Positions 55,434 to 64,000 are shown, counted from the first letter of the stretch. The stretch is 64,000 nucleotides of DNA from Alphaproteobacteria bacterium (GCA_028279245.1 JANQOE010000059.1:236-64235); one strand, 5' to 3'. A program made the numbers and translations. Notes: generated from the letters alone by a model not told the origin.

Positions 55434-56276
55434 CTAGCGGCGCTGCGCAATCAGGCGCGCGACCTCTAGTGACGCTGTGGAGTCGCCGCCGTCGGCCAGC
55501 GTCCAACAGGTCGCCAGACCCGCATGGGCAAAGGCGAAGCGCAACAGCCGATCGCGTTCAAATCCCAGCGCCGCCGCAAAGCGGTCCGCCAACCGGTCGA
55601 TCCGGCCGGGCGCCTGGACCACATGATCCAAGCCGACCGGATTGAGGAACACGTTCCCCAGATCGTAGACTGGGTCCCCCAGCAGCCCCTTGGGATCGAT
55701 CGCCAGCCACCCGCGCGCCCCGCCCGCGAGGATGTTCCCGTGATGCAGGTCGCCATGCAGCGGCAGCGCCACATCGGCACTCGCCAACAAGGTTTCCGCT
55801 TCGCGGGCCGCCTCTCGCAACAACGCGTGATCCGGCGTCTCCTGCAGCAACACCCGAAACCGTTGACGCAGCGGCGTGAGGGCCGGCGGCGGTTTCAGTC
55901 GCGCTGCGTGTAGCTGGTGCACGACATCGCAGATGATCCCGGTGGCTTCGTCATCGCCACCTTGCCGCACGACCTCGACCAACGAACCGCCGTCGGCGCA
56001 TTCCAGCAGGTGAGCCGTGGCCGATACCGCAATCAGGCGAACCGCACCGTCGCCGCCATACCAATCAAGCAGCCCCGCACCGAGCGCCTCATCCGCTTGG
56101 CCGATCCCGGTCAAACACTTTAAAATCGCCGCCGCGCCGTCCGGCTGCACCACTTGGTAGACCGTGCTCGTCGGGGTGCATGCGATCAATTGCGGATCAG
56201 ACAGGCGCCACCGCTCTAGGTGCGACGCCGGATCGACGTCGTCAATCAAATACAACCGCCCCGGCGAGGACGCCAA
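55434..56276 (-). CDS. Aminoglycoside phosphotransferase family protein, APH(6)/streptomycin-kinase-like
   Basis: 280 aa with catalytic loop LHGDLHHGNIL and WLAIDPKGLLGDPVYDLGN. The C-terminal half resembles StrA/StrB-type APH(6) enzymes as I remember them. Confidence 0.75.
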   Translation of the reverse strand: MASSPGRLYLIDDVDPASHLERWRLSDPQLIACTPTSTVYQVVQPDGAAAILKCLTGIGQADEALGAGLLDWYGGDGAVRLIAVSATAHLLECADGGSLVEVVRQGGDDEATGIICDVVHQLHAARLKPPPALTPLRQRFRVLLQETPDHALLREAAREAETLLASADVALPLHGDLHHGNILAGGARGWLAIDPKGLLGDPVYDLGNVFLNPVGLDHVVQAPGRIDRLADRFAAALGFERDRLLRFAFAHAGLATCWTLADGGDSTASLEVARLIAQRR

Positions 56277-56297
56277 CCCTTGGCACGGTGCCAGGTT

Positions 56298-56315
56298 GTT
56301 TCATTGCCATGAAAC
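56298..56315. promoter_or_regulatory. Palindromic operator-like site in the divergent APH(6)-like / GNAT promoter region
   Basis: GTTTCAT-tgcc-ATGAAAC (56298-56304 / 56309-56315), between starts at 56276 (minus) and 56385 (plus). Confidence 0.35.
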
Positions 56316-56384
56316 TTCGGCTCCCACCTTTCCTGTCCGCAGAGTGTACAGTGCCCATCCCGTCAGTGAAGAAGCCCGCCACTC

Positions 56385-56897
56385 ATGACCGTCATCGAGA
56401 CCACCCGCCTCCGCGGGCAGCCGTTGGGGCCGCAAGATTTCGACGATGTCCAGCGCATGCACCAGGATCCAAGGGTCATGGCGACCCTCGGCGGCCTGCG
56501 GGACGCCGACGAGACCCGCCGCTTCATTCAACGGGTCGAGAACCTGTGGCGGGACGACGGCTTCGGCCTCTGGGCGCTGAAGAGCAAGGAGACCGGGGAC
56601 TTTGCCGGACGGGGCGGCTTTCTGCGCACCAATATCGGTGGCCGTGACGAGATCGAGCTTGGCTACTCTTTCATTCCCGAATTCTGGAGTCAGGGATTGG
56701 CCACCGAGTTCGCGAAACAGGCCGTCCAGACCGCCTTCGACCTACTCGGCATGGACGACATCGTCTGTTTCACTCTTGCCACCAACAACGCCTCACAACG
56801 CGTTATGGAAAAAGCCGGTTTCGTGTTCGAGAAGCGGCTCATCCACGAGGGCATGCCGCACATCTTCTGCCGGCAAAAACGAACCGCGGCGGCCTAG
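56385..56897 (+). CDS. GNAT family N-acetyltransferase (RimJ/RimL-like)
   Basis: 170 aa with IELGYSFIPEFWSQGLATE and NNASQRVMEKAGF, typical of this subgroup. Confidence 0.8.
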   Translation: MTVIETTRLRGQPLGPQDFDDVQRMHQDPRVMATLGGLRDADETRRFIQRVENLWRDDGFGLWALKSKETGDFAGRGGFLRTNIGGRDEIELGYSFIPEFWSQGLATEFAKQAVQTAFDLLGMDDIVCFTLATNNASQRVMEKAGFVFEKRLIHEGMPHIFCRQKRTAAA

Positions 56898-56906
56898 GTC
56901 AGGGGA

Positions 56907-58709
56907 TCAGGCGGCCACCGTCATATTGCGCGGCCAACATCGGTAGAAGGAAACCGCCCCGTCAAAGCCCTTGAGCCGTGCCTGCTCCGGTCCGCCGGAA
57001 TAGGGCTTGAGCATCGCCCGCGCTTCCTCATCCGCTATCACGGTTTCGGACAACACCACGTCGTTCCCACGGCTCTCGCCCTGCAACCGCGCCGCCAGGT
57101 TGACCGTCGACCCAAAATAGTCGAGCCGGTCGTTCAAGTTGACCGAGATGCTGGGTCCGCAGTGGACGCCGATCTTGAGTACGACTTCCTCGTTGCGCTC
57201 GCCGAAGGACAACCGGCCTTCCTGCACCGCCAGCGCCGCGCGCACCGCGTCGGCCGGGGTCTCGAAACAGGCCATGACAGCGTCGCCGATGGTCTTCACC
57301 ACGGCCCCATTATTGTTCCGCACCGCGTCGGTCAGCGCCGAGAAATGATCGCGGACGATCTCATAGGCACGGCCATCGCCGACCCGTTCGTAGAGAGCGG
57401 TCGATCCCCTGATGTCCGTGAACATAAAGGACACGCTTTCGACCGCCATGTCGTCGCCGCGTTCCAGCACCTGGTTTGGGAACAGCTCGCGGAACGCTTG
57501 GAACGTCGTCGCCCGGTGTCCGGTCAGCGCGTCCCCTGCCCAATCCCGGCTCTCGATCACAGTCGTCCGTTCTTTGGCACTCTTGTTTTCGATCACCAAT
57601 TGGCCCGGGCTGCCGAGGTCCCCTAGATGGATCCCTTCCCCATCTAAGCGAATCTGCGGAACACGGTTGTCGGAGACCTCAAAGTCGGCGCTCGGCCCCG
57701 GTTCAATCGTCCGGACCCGATACGCACCCCTTGCAAGCGTAACGACTTCATGCCGTTCGTCGCCTGACGGGACATGCAACTGCACCACGACGTGAGGCGT
57801 CGTCATCGGCCCACTTAAGCAATACGCGCCCATCTCCAATCGGCGGATAGACGGGTTCGGCCGGAAGGTAACTTCAACATTCTGCGAGAATGTCGCCCCG
57901 TATTCGATGTTGCAGGACGGGCAATGAACTTCCTGCTGCAGCGAACTCAGCAGATCGCTAGTCGCCTTCGCGCCGCGGCAACGCGGACAAAGCACGTCCC
58001 AGCTCATATCGAGGATGCCCGCCCGGACCGCTGCCAGGCAAAGCTCGACGGTCTCGCGTTCAGAGACACTCCACAAACGCGCCAGCGCCCGCGGTCGGAT
58101 CGGGTCGATATCGACCTCCAATGCCGTCGAGATGAACTCCGCCAGTCGCGGTCCAAGCCCGTGTGCGAAATCGACCTGCGCCAGGGACTCGTTCAGCCGA
58201 TCCAGACGCTCCCGGTCAACGGTCGGTACCGGCCCGGCATCGGATAGCGGACTGGCCGTCTCGCCATGGAGCTTCGTTTGCTGCGCCAGCGTGGCGACCT
58301 GCTGCACTGACCGTCTCAGGAAACCGGTCAGCCGCATGAACAAACCGGCCGGACCCGCGAAAGCGCCAGTCAGCCGATACTCGACCGTCGTTCGGTCGCC
58401 CTCGGGACGCAGCCGGGTCTCGGCACACATCGACTTGAACGGACCGCGGCGGAAGACGCGGATGTCGTGACGGAACCACTGGCCGGCAATCCACTCATAG
58501 GGCCGTTCGACCCACTCCAGCTCGACCAGCCCAGCCTTCATTCGGGCAATGCGCTCGACATCGCCATCCGCCGCCGGAATCTCTTCCATATCGTGGCGCG
58601 GCACGCCAACAGCTTCATTGAAGCGCGACGTATCGGCCATCAGCCGCCAGACCTGATCGGCGGGCTGGTCCACCTGCCACGTTGTCGAGTAACTGGAGCG
58701 CCACGCCAT
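56907..58709 (-). CDS. Soluble class III adenylate/guanylate cyclase with N-terminal SRPBCC-like and four-Cys modules
   Basis: C-terminal cyclase core FMFTDIRGSTALYE, VKTIGDAVMACF and FGSTVNLAARLQ. Mid-region has CPRCRG...CPSCN. The N-terminal ~140 aa show an SRPBCC/polyketide-cyclase-like pattern. Confidence 0.8.
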   Translation of the reverse strand: MAWRSSYSTTWQVDQPADQVWRLMADTSRFNEAVGVPRHDMEEIPAADGDVERIARMKAGLVELEWVERPYEWIAGQWFRHDIRVFRRGPFKSMCAETRLRPEGDRTTVEYRLTGAFAGPAGLFMRLTGFLRRSVQQVATLAQQTKLHGETASPLSDAGPVPTVDRERLDRLNESLAQVDFAHGLGPRLAEFISTALEVDIDPIRPRALARLWSVSERETVELCLAAVRAGILDMSWDVLCPRCRGAKATSDLLSSLQQEVHCPSCNIEYGATFSQNVEVTFRPNPSIRRLEMGAYCLSGPMTTPHVVVQLHVPSGDERHEVVTLARGAYRVRTIEPGPSADFEVSDNRVPQIRLDGEGIHLGDLGSPGQLVIENKSAKERTTVIESRDWAGDALTGHRATTFQAFRELFPNQVLERGDDMAVESVSFMFTDIRGSTALYERVGDGRAYEIVRDHFSALTDAVRNNNGAVVKTIGDAVMACFETPADAVRAALAVQEGRLSFGERNEEVVLKIGVHCGPSISVNLNDRLDYFGSTVNLAARLQGESRGNDVVLSETVIADEEARAMLKPYSGGPEQARLKGFDGAVSFYRCWPRNMTVAA

Positions 58710-58935
58710 GGCAGACCCCCGATCTAGCCTACAATCACTCTAGATGATACGCCGCGACACAACATCTGGATGCGGTCACTCGTTCACTGCCGCGCGAGTG
58801 GCACAATGTGATTTGCTGGCCGAATCTCGGAAGCGTAGGGTCCACACGGAAGCATTGATGACCATTGGCGGCCTCTCCGGTGTTTGTTCGGGGAGGTCGC
58901 CTAACGATTGGGGAACGGCTGCCCCGGGCTGACAG

Positions 58936-59247
58936 TCAGCCGTCGAGGGCGCAACCCGCACCAAACCGGTTCAGGCCTACCACCATGCCGTCGCGGACCT
59001 CGAAGTTGTTCGAGCAGACCAACAGGCCCTGGCCCATGCCATCGGCCGGGCCGCTGGCTGGCAGCGCCGCAAACTGCTGTTCAAGCCGATAGTGCAGTAT
59101 CTTGCTGCCGTCGGGGATCTGCACCACGGCGGTGGGGCTGCCCAGCGCATCTCGAAGTGTCTGTTCACTATGCCCGACAAAGATGTCCATATCCGGGCCA
59201 TCGCAGGCGGCCAGCATCAACAGGCCGGCAAACAACAACTTACGCAT
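58936..59247 (-). CDS. Small lipoprotein of unknown function
   Basis: 103 aa with a lipobox in MRKLLFAGLLMLAAC. Same strand as, and downstream of, the sigma/anti-sigma pair. Confidence 0.6.
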   Translation of the reverse strand: MRKLLFAGLLMLAACDGPDMDIFVGHSEQTLRDALGSPTAVVQIPDGSKILHYRLEQQFAALPASGPADGMGQGLLVCSNNFEVRDGMVVGLNRFGAGCALDG

Positions 59248-59331
59248 TCTATCGCTCGTCTTGGTTGATCGAAGCGAGAGCGATAGGCCGGTATGGTTGA
59301 CAGTTCGTTAATCTGGCCCCGTTGCCCCTGT

Positions 59332-60048
59332 CTACGGGGCGAGCAGCGCCCCCTGATAAACGACCGGACCGGTCGGGGCACCGGTCGGCGAACCGCCCGC
59401 CGGCTCGAGGCTGATCGCCAAGCCCGGGGTCCCGCCCAATGACGCCAAGGCAGTCCCCTCCAGCCGCAACTCAGTCGCCCCAGCGACGTCCAACAACCCG
59501 AGCGACAACGGCGCATCACCGGAAGCCGGCAACAGCCACAACTCGAACGCCCGGCCCGGTTCCAAGCCGATCTCGCCAGCCGGCCGTGCATCGATCCGCC
59601 CCGCTTCCGCATCGACTGTGACGAGCCAGTCGGGACCTGAACCGGTGGCGCTCAGCGCCGCGACCCGCGGCGCGTCAACGACCTGGGGCGGCACGGCAAT
59701 GGTCACGATCAAGAGAACCATCGCGGCCGCGGCTGCGAACCCGGCGCCCGCCGTCGTCAATTTCCAGAAGGACAGCCGTTCCCACAACCTTTGTATCGCC
59801 TGTGAGCCCTGTTCAACCGTGCGCGGCGCGGGACCAAGCGCGGTCTCGATCCGTCGCCAAACCGCTGGCGAAGGCGAAACGGGCTTAATCAGATCAATCA
59901 TTGGCGCGAGTCTCTGGCTCCATTCGTCCACGTATCTCGACAACTCTGCGTCGCGCGAGAGATCGGCCTCGACCGCGCGGCGCTCATTCTGCTCCAGCGT
60001 CCCCAGCACATACTCGCCGGCCCGCAAGTCTTTTCCGTTCGGCGTCAT
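59332..60048 (-). CDS. Anti-sigma factor, RskA (anti-sigma-K) type
   Basis: ATG 60048 overlaps the sigma-factor stop by 4 nt. N-terminal anti-sigma helix region (AGEYVLGTLEQNERRAVEADL), one TM segment, and a C-terminal RskA-like FELWLLP...LAISLEPAGGSPTGAPTGPVV. The track start at 60210 lies inside the sigma gene. Confidence 0.8.
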   Translation of the reverse strand: MTPNGKDLRAGEYVLGTLEQNERRAVEADLSRDAELSRYVDEWSQRLAPMIDLIKPVSPSPAVWRRIETALGPAPRTVEQGSQAIQRLWERLSFWKLTTAGAGFAAAAAMVLLIVTIAVPPQVVDAPRVAALSATGSGPDWLVTVDAEAGRIDARPAGEIGLEPGRAFELWLLPASGDAPLSLGLLDVAGATELRLEGTALASLGGTPGLAISLEPAGGSPTGAPTGPVVYQGALLAP

Positions 60049-60602
60049 GTTTCTAAACAAACCTTCAGCTGCCCAAGGCTCCGCCTGATCCAACTCTTCA
60101 CCGTACCCAGCGGACGTTCCAACCGGGCCGCTAATTCCTGATGCGTATAGCCCTCGACAAACGCCATCAACACACAATGGCGCTGCGGCTCGTCGAGCGT
60201 TTCCAAACAAGCCTGGAGTTGGCGCGAATCCTCACTCAGCATGCTCAGATCGGGCTTTTCCTCTTGCCGCGTTTCATCCAGTTCGACCTCCGGCCGCTCC
60301 CGCCGCTTCCGGTCGATCGCTTTATTCCGCACGATCGTGCTCAGCCAGGCCATCGGCGCCCCGCGGGCACTCCGGTAATCCCCGGCGGCATTCCAGACCC
60401 TCACAAAGGCTTCTTGCAGCACATCCTCGGCATGGTCGCGCCGGCCGACGATCCGCAGAGCCACCCCGAACAGCCGGGTCGCTGTCTCGGCGTAGAGGTC
60501 GGCGAACGCGCCCCTATCGCCACCGGCAGTCGCCGCCAACAGCCGCTCCAGATGTCGGTCCCGCCGCGCCGTCAACGGGCGCGCCTCCACTGCTAGTGCC
60601 AC
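60045..60602 (-). CDS. ECF-type RNA polymerase sigma factor
   Basis: 185 aa. GTG start preceded by AAGGAGG. Region 2 (DVLQEAFVRVW) and region 4 HTH (HQELAARLERPLGTVKSWIRRSL). Confidence 0.9.
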   Translation of the reverse strand: MALAVEARPLTARRDRHLERLLAATAGGDRGAFADLYAETATRLFGVALRIVGRRDHAEDVLQEAFVRVWNAAGDYRSARGAPMAWLSTIVRNKAIDRKRRERPEVELDETRQEEKPDLSMLSEDSRQLQACLETLDEPQRHCVLMAFVEGYTHQELAARLERPLGTVKSWIRRSLGQLKVCLET

Positions 60603-60708
60603 AACAGCCTCCTTTCATTAGGGACTCTACGACACCACCAGCGCCCCTGGATGCGGGGCAGATCCGAGACCCCGACCCCGGCGTACAATAGGCAGTTTTT
60701 GTTCTAGG

Positions 60709-61383
60709 GTGGTCTGCGTGAACGTCATCCCACTCACTCCTTTCGCCGTTGCGTTGCTGCTCGCCCCGGTAGAGAGCGCGCCAGCCCACGCCTGCGGCGA
60801 CTCCCTCAATCGCGTGTTCGAGGTGCGGCGCGGTGACCAGCCAATCGGCACCCACAGCATCCGGTTCAGCCAGGACGGCGCCGACACGCAAGTCGACATC
60901 GAGATCGACCTGCGCGTCACCTTCGGCCCCTTCACCATGTTTCGCTACGAGCACACCAACCGCGAGATCTGGCGCGACGGGCAACTCGTGAGCTTGGAGA
61001 CGGCGACCAACGATGACGGGGACAGCTATCGGGTCAGCGCCCGCGCCACGCCGGACGGCCTGGAAGTCGCCAACAACGACGAGATCTTCATCGCTCCGCT
61101 GGATATCCTGCCCACCAGCTACTGGAACGCCGACACCCTGGCCCGCTCAGAACTGCTGGACACCCAGCGCGGCACCATTGCGAGCATCGCTGTGGAACGC
61201 GGCACCCGCCAGGCGATCGACCTCGGCAACACGTCCGGCATCGCCCAACGCAGCGAAATCAGCGGCGACCTGGACCTCAGCGTTTGGTACACGGACGAAG
61301 GCCAACTCGGGCGCATTGCGTTCACCGCGCGCGGTTCGGAGATAGACTACCGGCTCCTATGCACGGATCAGCCCAGCCCCTGA
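60709..61383 (+). CDS. Exported hypothetical protein (possibly the DUF6134-type family)
   Basis: 224 aa with a GTG start and signal-like N-terminus ending APAHA. Beta-rich body. Divergent from the ECF sigma gene. The family name is from memory only. Confidence 0.55.
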   Translation: MVCVNVIPLTPFAVALLLAPVESAPAHACGDSLNRVFEVRRGDQPIGTHSIRFSQDGADTQVDIEIDLRVTFGPFTMFRYEHTNREIWRDGQLVSLETATNDDGDSYRVSARATPDGLEVANNDEIFIAPLDILPTSYWNADTLARSELLDTQRGTIASIAVERGTRQAIDLGNTSGIAQRSEISGDLDLSVWYTDEGQLGRIAFTARGSEIDYRLLCTDQPSP

Positions 61384-62156
61384 ACACGACCGACGACCCC
61401 AACGTGCGCAATGACGCTGGTCATGCCTGGATCACCGGCGCCAGCATGGGGATCGGTCGCGCCCTCGCCCTACGGTTGGCGCAAGCCGGTTGGCAAGTGA
61501 CCGCCACCGCCCGCGGTACGGAAAAGCTCACGGCCCTCACGGAAGAAGCCAGCAGGATCACACCTCGACCGCTCGACGTGACCGACCGCGAAGCTGTCGC
61601 GAAAGCGGTCCCAGACCTGGACGCCGACCGGCCAATCGACCTGGCTGTGCTCAATGCCGGGACCCACGGTGAAGTCGCGGCGGCGACCCTATCCGCCAAT
61701 ACCTTCCGCGATCTGATCGAATTGAACCTCATGGGCACGGTACATTGCCTGGAGGCCCTGCTTCCCCAAATGCTGGACCGCCGCCGCGGACACATCGCGA
61801 TTGTCGCCTCGGTCGCCGGGTACCGGGGCCTGCCAACCGCCGCCGCCTACGGCATGACCAAGGCCGGCCTCATCAACATGGCAGAGGCCTTGCAGCCCGA
61901 GCTCGCCAATCACGGCGTGAAACTACAAATCGTCAATCCGGGCTTCGTCCGGACACCCCTAACCGACCGTAACAGCTTCAAGATGCCGTTTTTGATGGAA
62001 CCCGACGCGGCGGCGGAAGCCTTCTACCGGGGGCTCATGTCCGACCGGTTCGAGATCGTGTTCCCGCGCCGTTTCGCCTATCTTATGAAGCTGCTGCGAA
62101 TCATGCCGAACGCGGTGGCTCTGCGCGTCACACGCCGTCTGGTCCCGGCCGAATGA
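61359..62156 (+). CDS. Short-chain dehydrogenase/reductase (SDR)
   Basis: ITGASMGIGRALA Rossmann motif, NAG (LNAGTHG) and YGMTK (Y-x3-K). Start is ambiguous: ATG 61359 overlaps the upstream gene by 25 nt, and GTG 61404 is the alternative. Confidence 0.8.
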   Translation: MHGSAQPLNTTDDPNVRNDAGHAWITGASMGIGRALALRLAQAGWQVTATARGTEKLTALTEEASRITPRPLDVTDREAVAKAVPDLDADRPIDLAVLNAGTHGEVAAATLSANTFRDLIELNLMGTVHCLEALLPQMLDRRRGHIAIVASVAGYRGLPTAAAYGMTKAGLINMAEALQPELANHGVKLQIVNPGFVRTPLTDRNSFKMPFLMEPDAAAEAFYRGLMSDRFEIVFPRRFAYLMKLLRIMPNAVALRVTRRLVPAE

Positions 62157-62578
62157 ACAGCGTCACGGTCGAGGCATATGTCCGCTTCTTCGAGTCGCTG
62201 ACGCCCGACCGGCTTGCGGGACTGAAGGATCTCTGCACGCCGGACGTGCGTTTTCGCGATCCGTTCAATGACAACCACGGCATTGACCACATGCGGGGCG
62301 TTTTCGAACGCATGTATGCCAACACGAACAACCCGCGGTTCGACGTCTTCGACTACGCCAGCTCCCTAAAGTCTGATGTTTGGTACATCCGTTGGCGGTT
62401 TACGGCCCAAATCAAAGACCGGCCTATCACCATCGATGGAATGAGCGAAGTGCGCCTAGCCGACGACGGCAAGGTGGCGGAGCATATCGATCACTGGGAT
62501 GCCGCCAGTCAGCTCTACGAACGTATTCCGGTCCTCGGTTTCCTACTCCGCCGCCTGCGCCACAAACTCGCGGCCTAG
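62153..62578 (+). CDS. NTF2-like (SnoaL-type) family protein
   Basis: 141 aa. ATG overlaps the SDR stop (ATGA). Pattern YVRFFESLTPDRLAGLKDLCTPDVRFRDPFN is typical of NTF2-fold proteins found with SDRs. Confidence 0.7.
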   Translation: MNSVTVEAYVRFFESLTPDRLAGLKDLCTPDVRFRDPFNDNHGIDHMRGVFERMYANTNNPRFDVFDYASSLKSDVWYIRWRFTAQIKDRPITIDGMSEVRLADDGKVAEHIDHWDAASQLYERIPVLGFLLRRLRHKLAA

Positions 62579-63136
62579 CACCGTACTGCCGGCGCGGGAT
62601 TCTACCGCCTCATCGACCCGCTGAAAGAACAGCGTCACCTCACCGAGGCGAATGCCGAACTTGGTGACCACCGCCCGGTTCACCAGTACGTCGTCGTCCT
62701 GCAGGAACAGCCAATCGTCGAACCGCACGACCGTTGTGCGTTCGCCGATCTTGAGATCCACTAGATAGGTCCAATTCAGCGCGTTGCCGAACACCTTGCC
62801 CGTTGCGACGCCGTGCACATCGTCCGCCTGACCTTCATAGGTGTGTTCGTCGACACGCTTGATCCGCCAGACACGCCGGTCGACTTCCCCGTCGTCGAAC
62901 AGAAAGTCCTCTTCCAACACCAGCAGGTCGCCCTCGACCGACCCCTTGATGTCGACCGTGAACTGCCTGCGCAAGTTGCCGAACCGATCCTCGAAAATTC
63001 CCCAGGCCTTAGTTTCTCCGAGGAAATACTCTTCCAGCACCAATGCCGGTTCGCGCCCGGCAAAGTTCTCCGGTTTCATTTGGATACACCCCGCAAGGGA
63101 CAACAACAGAAGGCAACACAGTGAAGAGAGGCGCAT
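62543..63136 (-). CDS. DUF3833-like lipoprotein
   Basis: Start at ATG 63136 gives MRLSSLCCLLLLSLAGC (lipobox), followed by LEEYFLGETKAWGIFEDRFG, which I remember as typical of DUF3833. Convergent 36-nt overlap with the NTF2-like gene. Confidence 0.65.
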   Translation of the reverse strand: MRLSSLCCLLLLSLAGCIQMKPENFAGREPALVLEEYFLGETKAWGIFEDRFGNLRRQFTVDIKGSVEGDLLVLEEDFLFDDGEVDRRVWRIKRVDEHTYEGQADDVHGVATGKVFGNALNWTYLVDLKIGERTTVVRFDDWLFLQDDDVLVNRAVVTKFGIRLGEVTLFFQRVDEAVESRAGSTVLGREFVAQAAE

Positions 63137-63155
63137 CGGACGCTCCCACAAGTGA

Positions 63156-64000
63156 TCATGACCGGCTCACCGCCATGGCTGAACGCATGTTCTGGTAGAC
63201 CGCGTCGGTAATGGGATGCCGCCACACGATCGCGGCAGCGGTCAGCTTCAGCAGCGCCGGCAACAGGCTGTAGAGCGCGGCGAGCGCAAAGAGTGCGAAC
63301 CCGGTGTTGGCCGCCGCGTCGGCACTGAAGCCCGCCCACGCCAACAGCGGAAAGGCCACCCCGACCGCCAACGCGAGCGCCGCCTTGGTCGCCACGCTCC
63401 ACAACGAAAAGTACAATCCGGCACGCTGCTGACCACTGCGGATCGTGTCATGATCGACCACATCGGCTTGCATTGACGCCGGAATGGTCAGATCCGCCCC
63501 CAGGGTCGCCCCCGTGACGATGGCGATCACCAGGAACCAGCCGACATCGCCCGCGCCAAGCAGCGGAACGAAAAGGAACACCAAGGACGCGACGATCATG
63601 GACGCGACCCAGCACCGGTGCTTGTCCATCCGCCGGCTGGCCGCCAGCCAGAACGGCAGCATCAACACGCCCGACCCGAAATAGGCCAGCAACAGCGGAC
63701 CGCTCCACTCCGGCCGCTGAATTACATGCTCGACGAACAGCAGGAACAGCGTCGCCGGCAAGCCGTTCGCCACGCCGTTGATCAAGTAGGCCAGGACCAA
63801 CCGCTTGAACGGCGCATTCCGCAGGACAATCGACCAGCTTTTCCGCCACGGCAGGGTCGTCGCGTCGCGTGGTGCCGGACGCGGCACGCGCAGCATCAAA
63901 AAGACAAGGGTTGCCGGCAGTAGAGCCAACAACCCGTAGGCCAGCCAGGCCAGCCCCTGCGTCCGGTCGGCCGTCAGCGACGGGACCACGACCGCAATCA
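63156..64000 (-). CDS. MFS (GPH/MelB-like) transporter, C-terminal part (5' end outside window)
   Basis: Polytopic hydrophobic protein. The frame stays open to the window edge (upstream codons read ...IAV before the track's GTG at 63989). Stop is at 63156. Confidence 0.75.
   Translation of the reverse strand, partial: IAVVVPSLTADRTQGLAWLAYGLLALLPATLVFLMLRVPRPAPRDATTLPWRKSWSIVLRNAPFKRLVLAYLINGVANGLPATLFLLFVEHVIQRPEWSGPLLLAYFGSGVLMLPFWLAASRRMDKHRCWVASMIVASLVFLFVPLLGAGDVGWFLVIAIVTGATLGADLTIPASMQADVVDHDTIRSGQQRAGLYFSLWSVATKAALALAVGVAFPLLAWAGFSADAAANTGFALFALAALYSLLPALLKLTAAAIVWRHPITDAVYQNMRSAMAVSRS

Noticed and set aside
60661-60685. GATCC-N18-TA as an annotated ECF (sigmaE-type) promoter feature
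   Set aside because: The match is short, I recall the consensus only approximately, and the anti-sigma here is not ChrR-type. It is mentioned in a finding but not listed as a feature.

Overview
Visibly GC-rich, densely packed chromosomal segment. Gene content and protein signatures look like a free-living alphaproteobacterium (Rhodospirillales/Rhizobiales-like), but this taxonomic call rests on recognised protein families, not on a search. I support about 70 protein genes, many joined by 1-19 nt start/stop overlaps. Left to right: a truncated aldolase/SDR gene plus a TRAP transporter (1-4035). A six-gene minus-strand operon with a peptide-type ABC importer, an Fe-alcohol dehydrogenase and an enolase-superfamily enzyme (4485-12427). 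A hydrolase-OsmC fusion. A sulfur/amino-acid block (cysteine synthase-like, AlaX, sseA, GNAT, metC, hisI, a redoxin-like/2OG oxygenase fusion). DJ-1, DUF2336-like and DUF45-like genes. A bactofilin / ParA-like / small RHH-like / bactofilin / M23 peptidase cluster (23177-26616). SIMPL. A squalene/isoprenoid block (MlaC/HpnM-like, GGT, hpnCDE, ispH, polyprenyl synthase). rlpA, a membrane class III cyclase, VOC, msrA, nnrS. groESL behind a perfect CIRCE operator. An XDH-family Mo-enzyme operon with a MoaD/ThiS-like gene. Acetoacetyl-CoA synthetase, Usp, a lyxose-isomerase-like cupin, Ada/AlkA-ogt, an APH(6)-like kinase and a second cyclase. An ECF sigma/RskA-type anti-sigma pair with neighbouring SDR/NTF2/DUF3833/MFS genes running off the right edge. 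I saw no rRNA, tRNA, CRISPR array, transposase, integrase or phage genes. The best candidate for an undescribed system is the two-bactofilin cluster carrying a plasmid-style small ParA plus RHH-like partner next to an LmdC-like M23 endopeptidase, flanked by AATTG-core palindromes. Secondary candidates are an orphan intrinsic terminator with structured RNA upstream of ggt, an SD/anti-SD hairpin between bactofilin and M23 genes, and an unannotated 35-codon membrane ORF. All family assignments come from motif recognition by eye and none was checked against a database.
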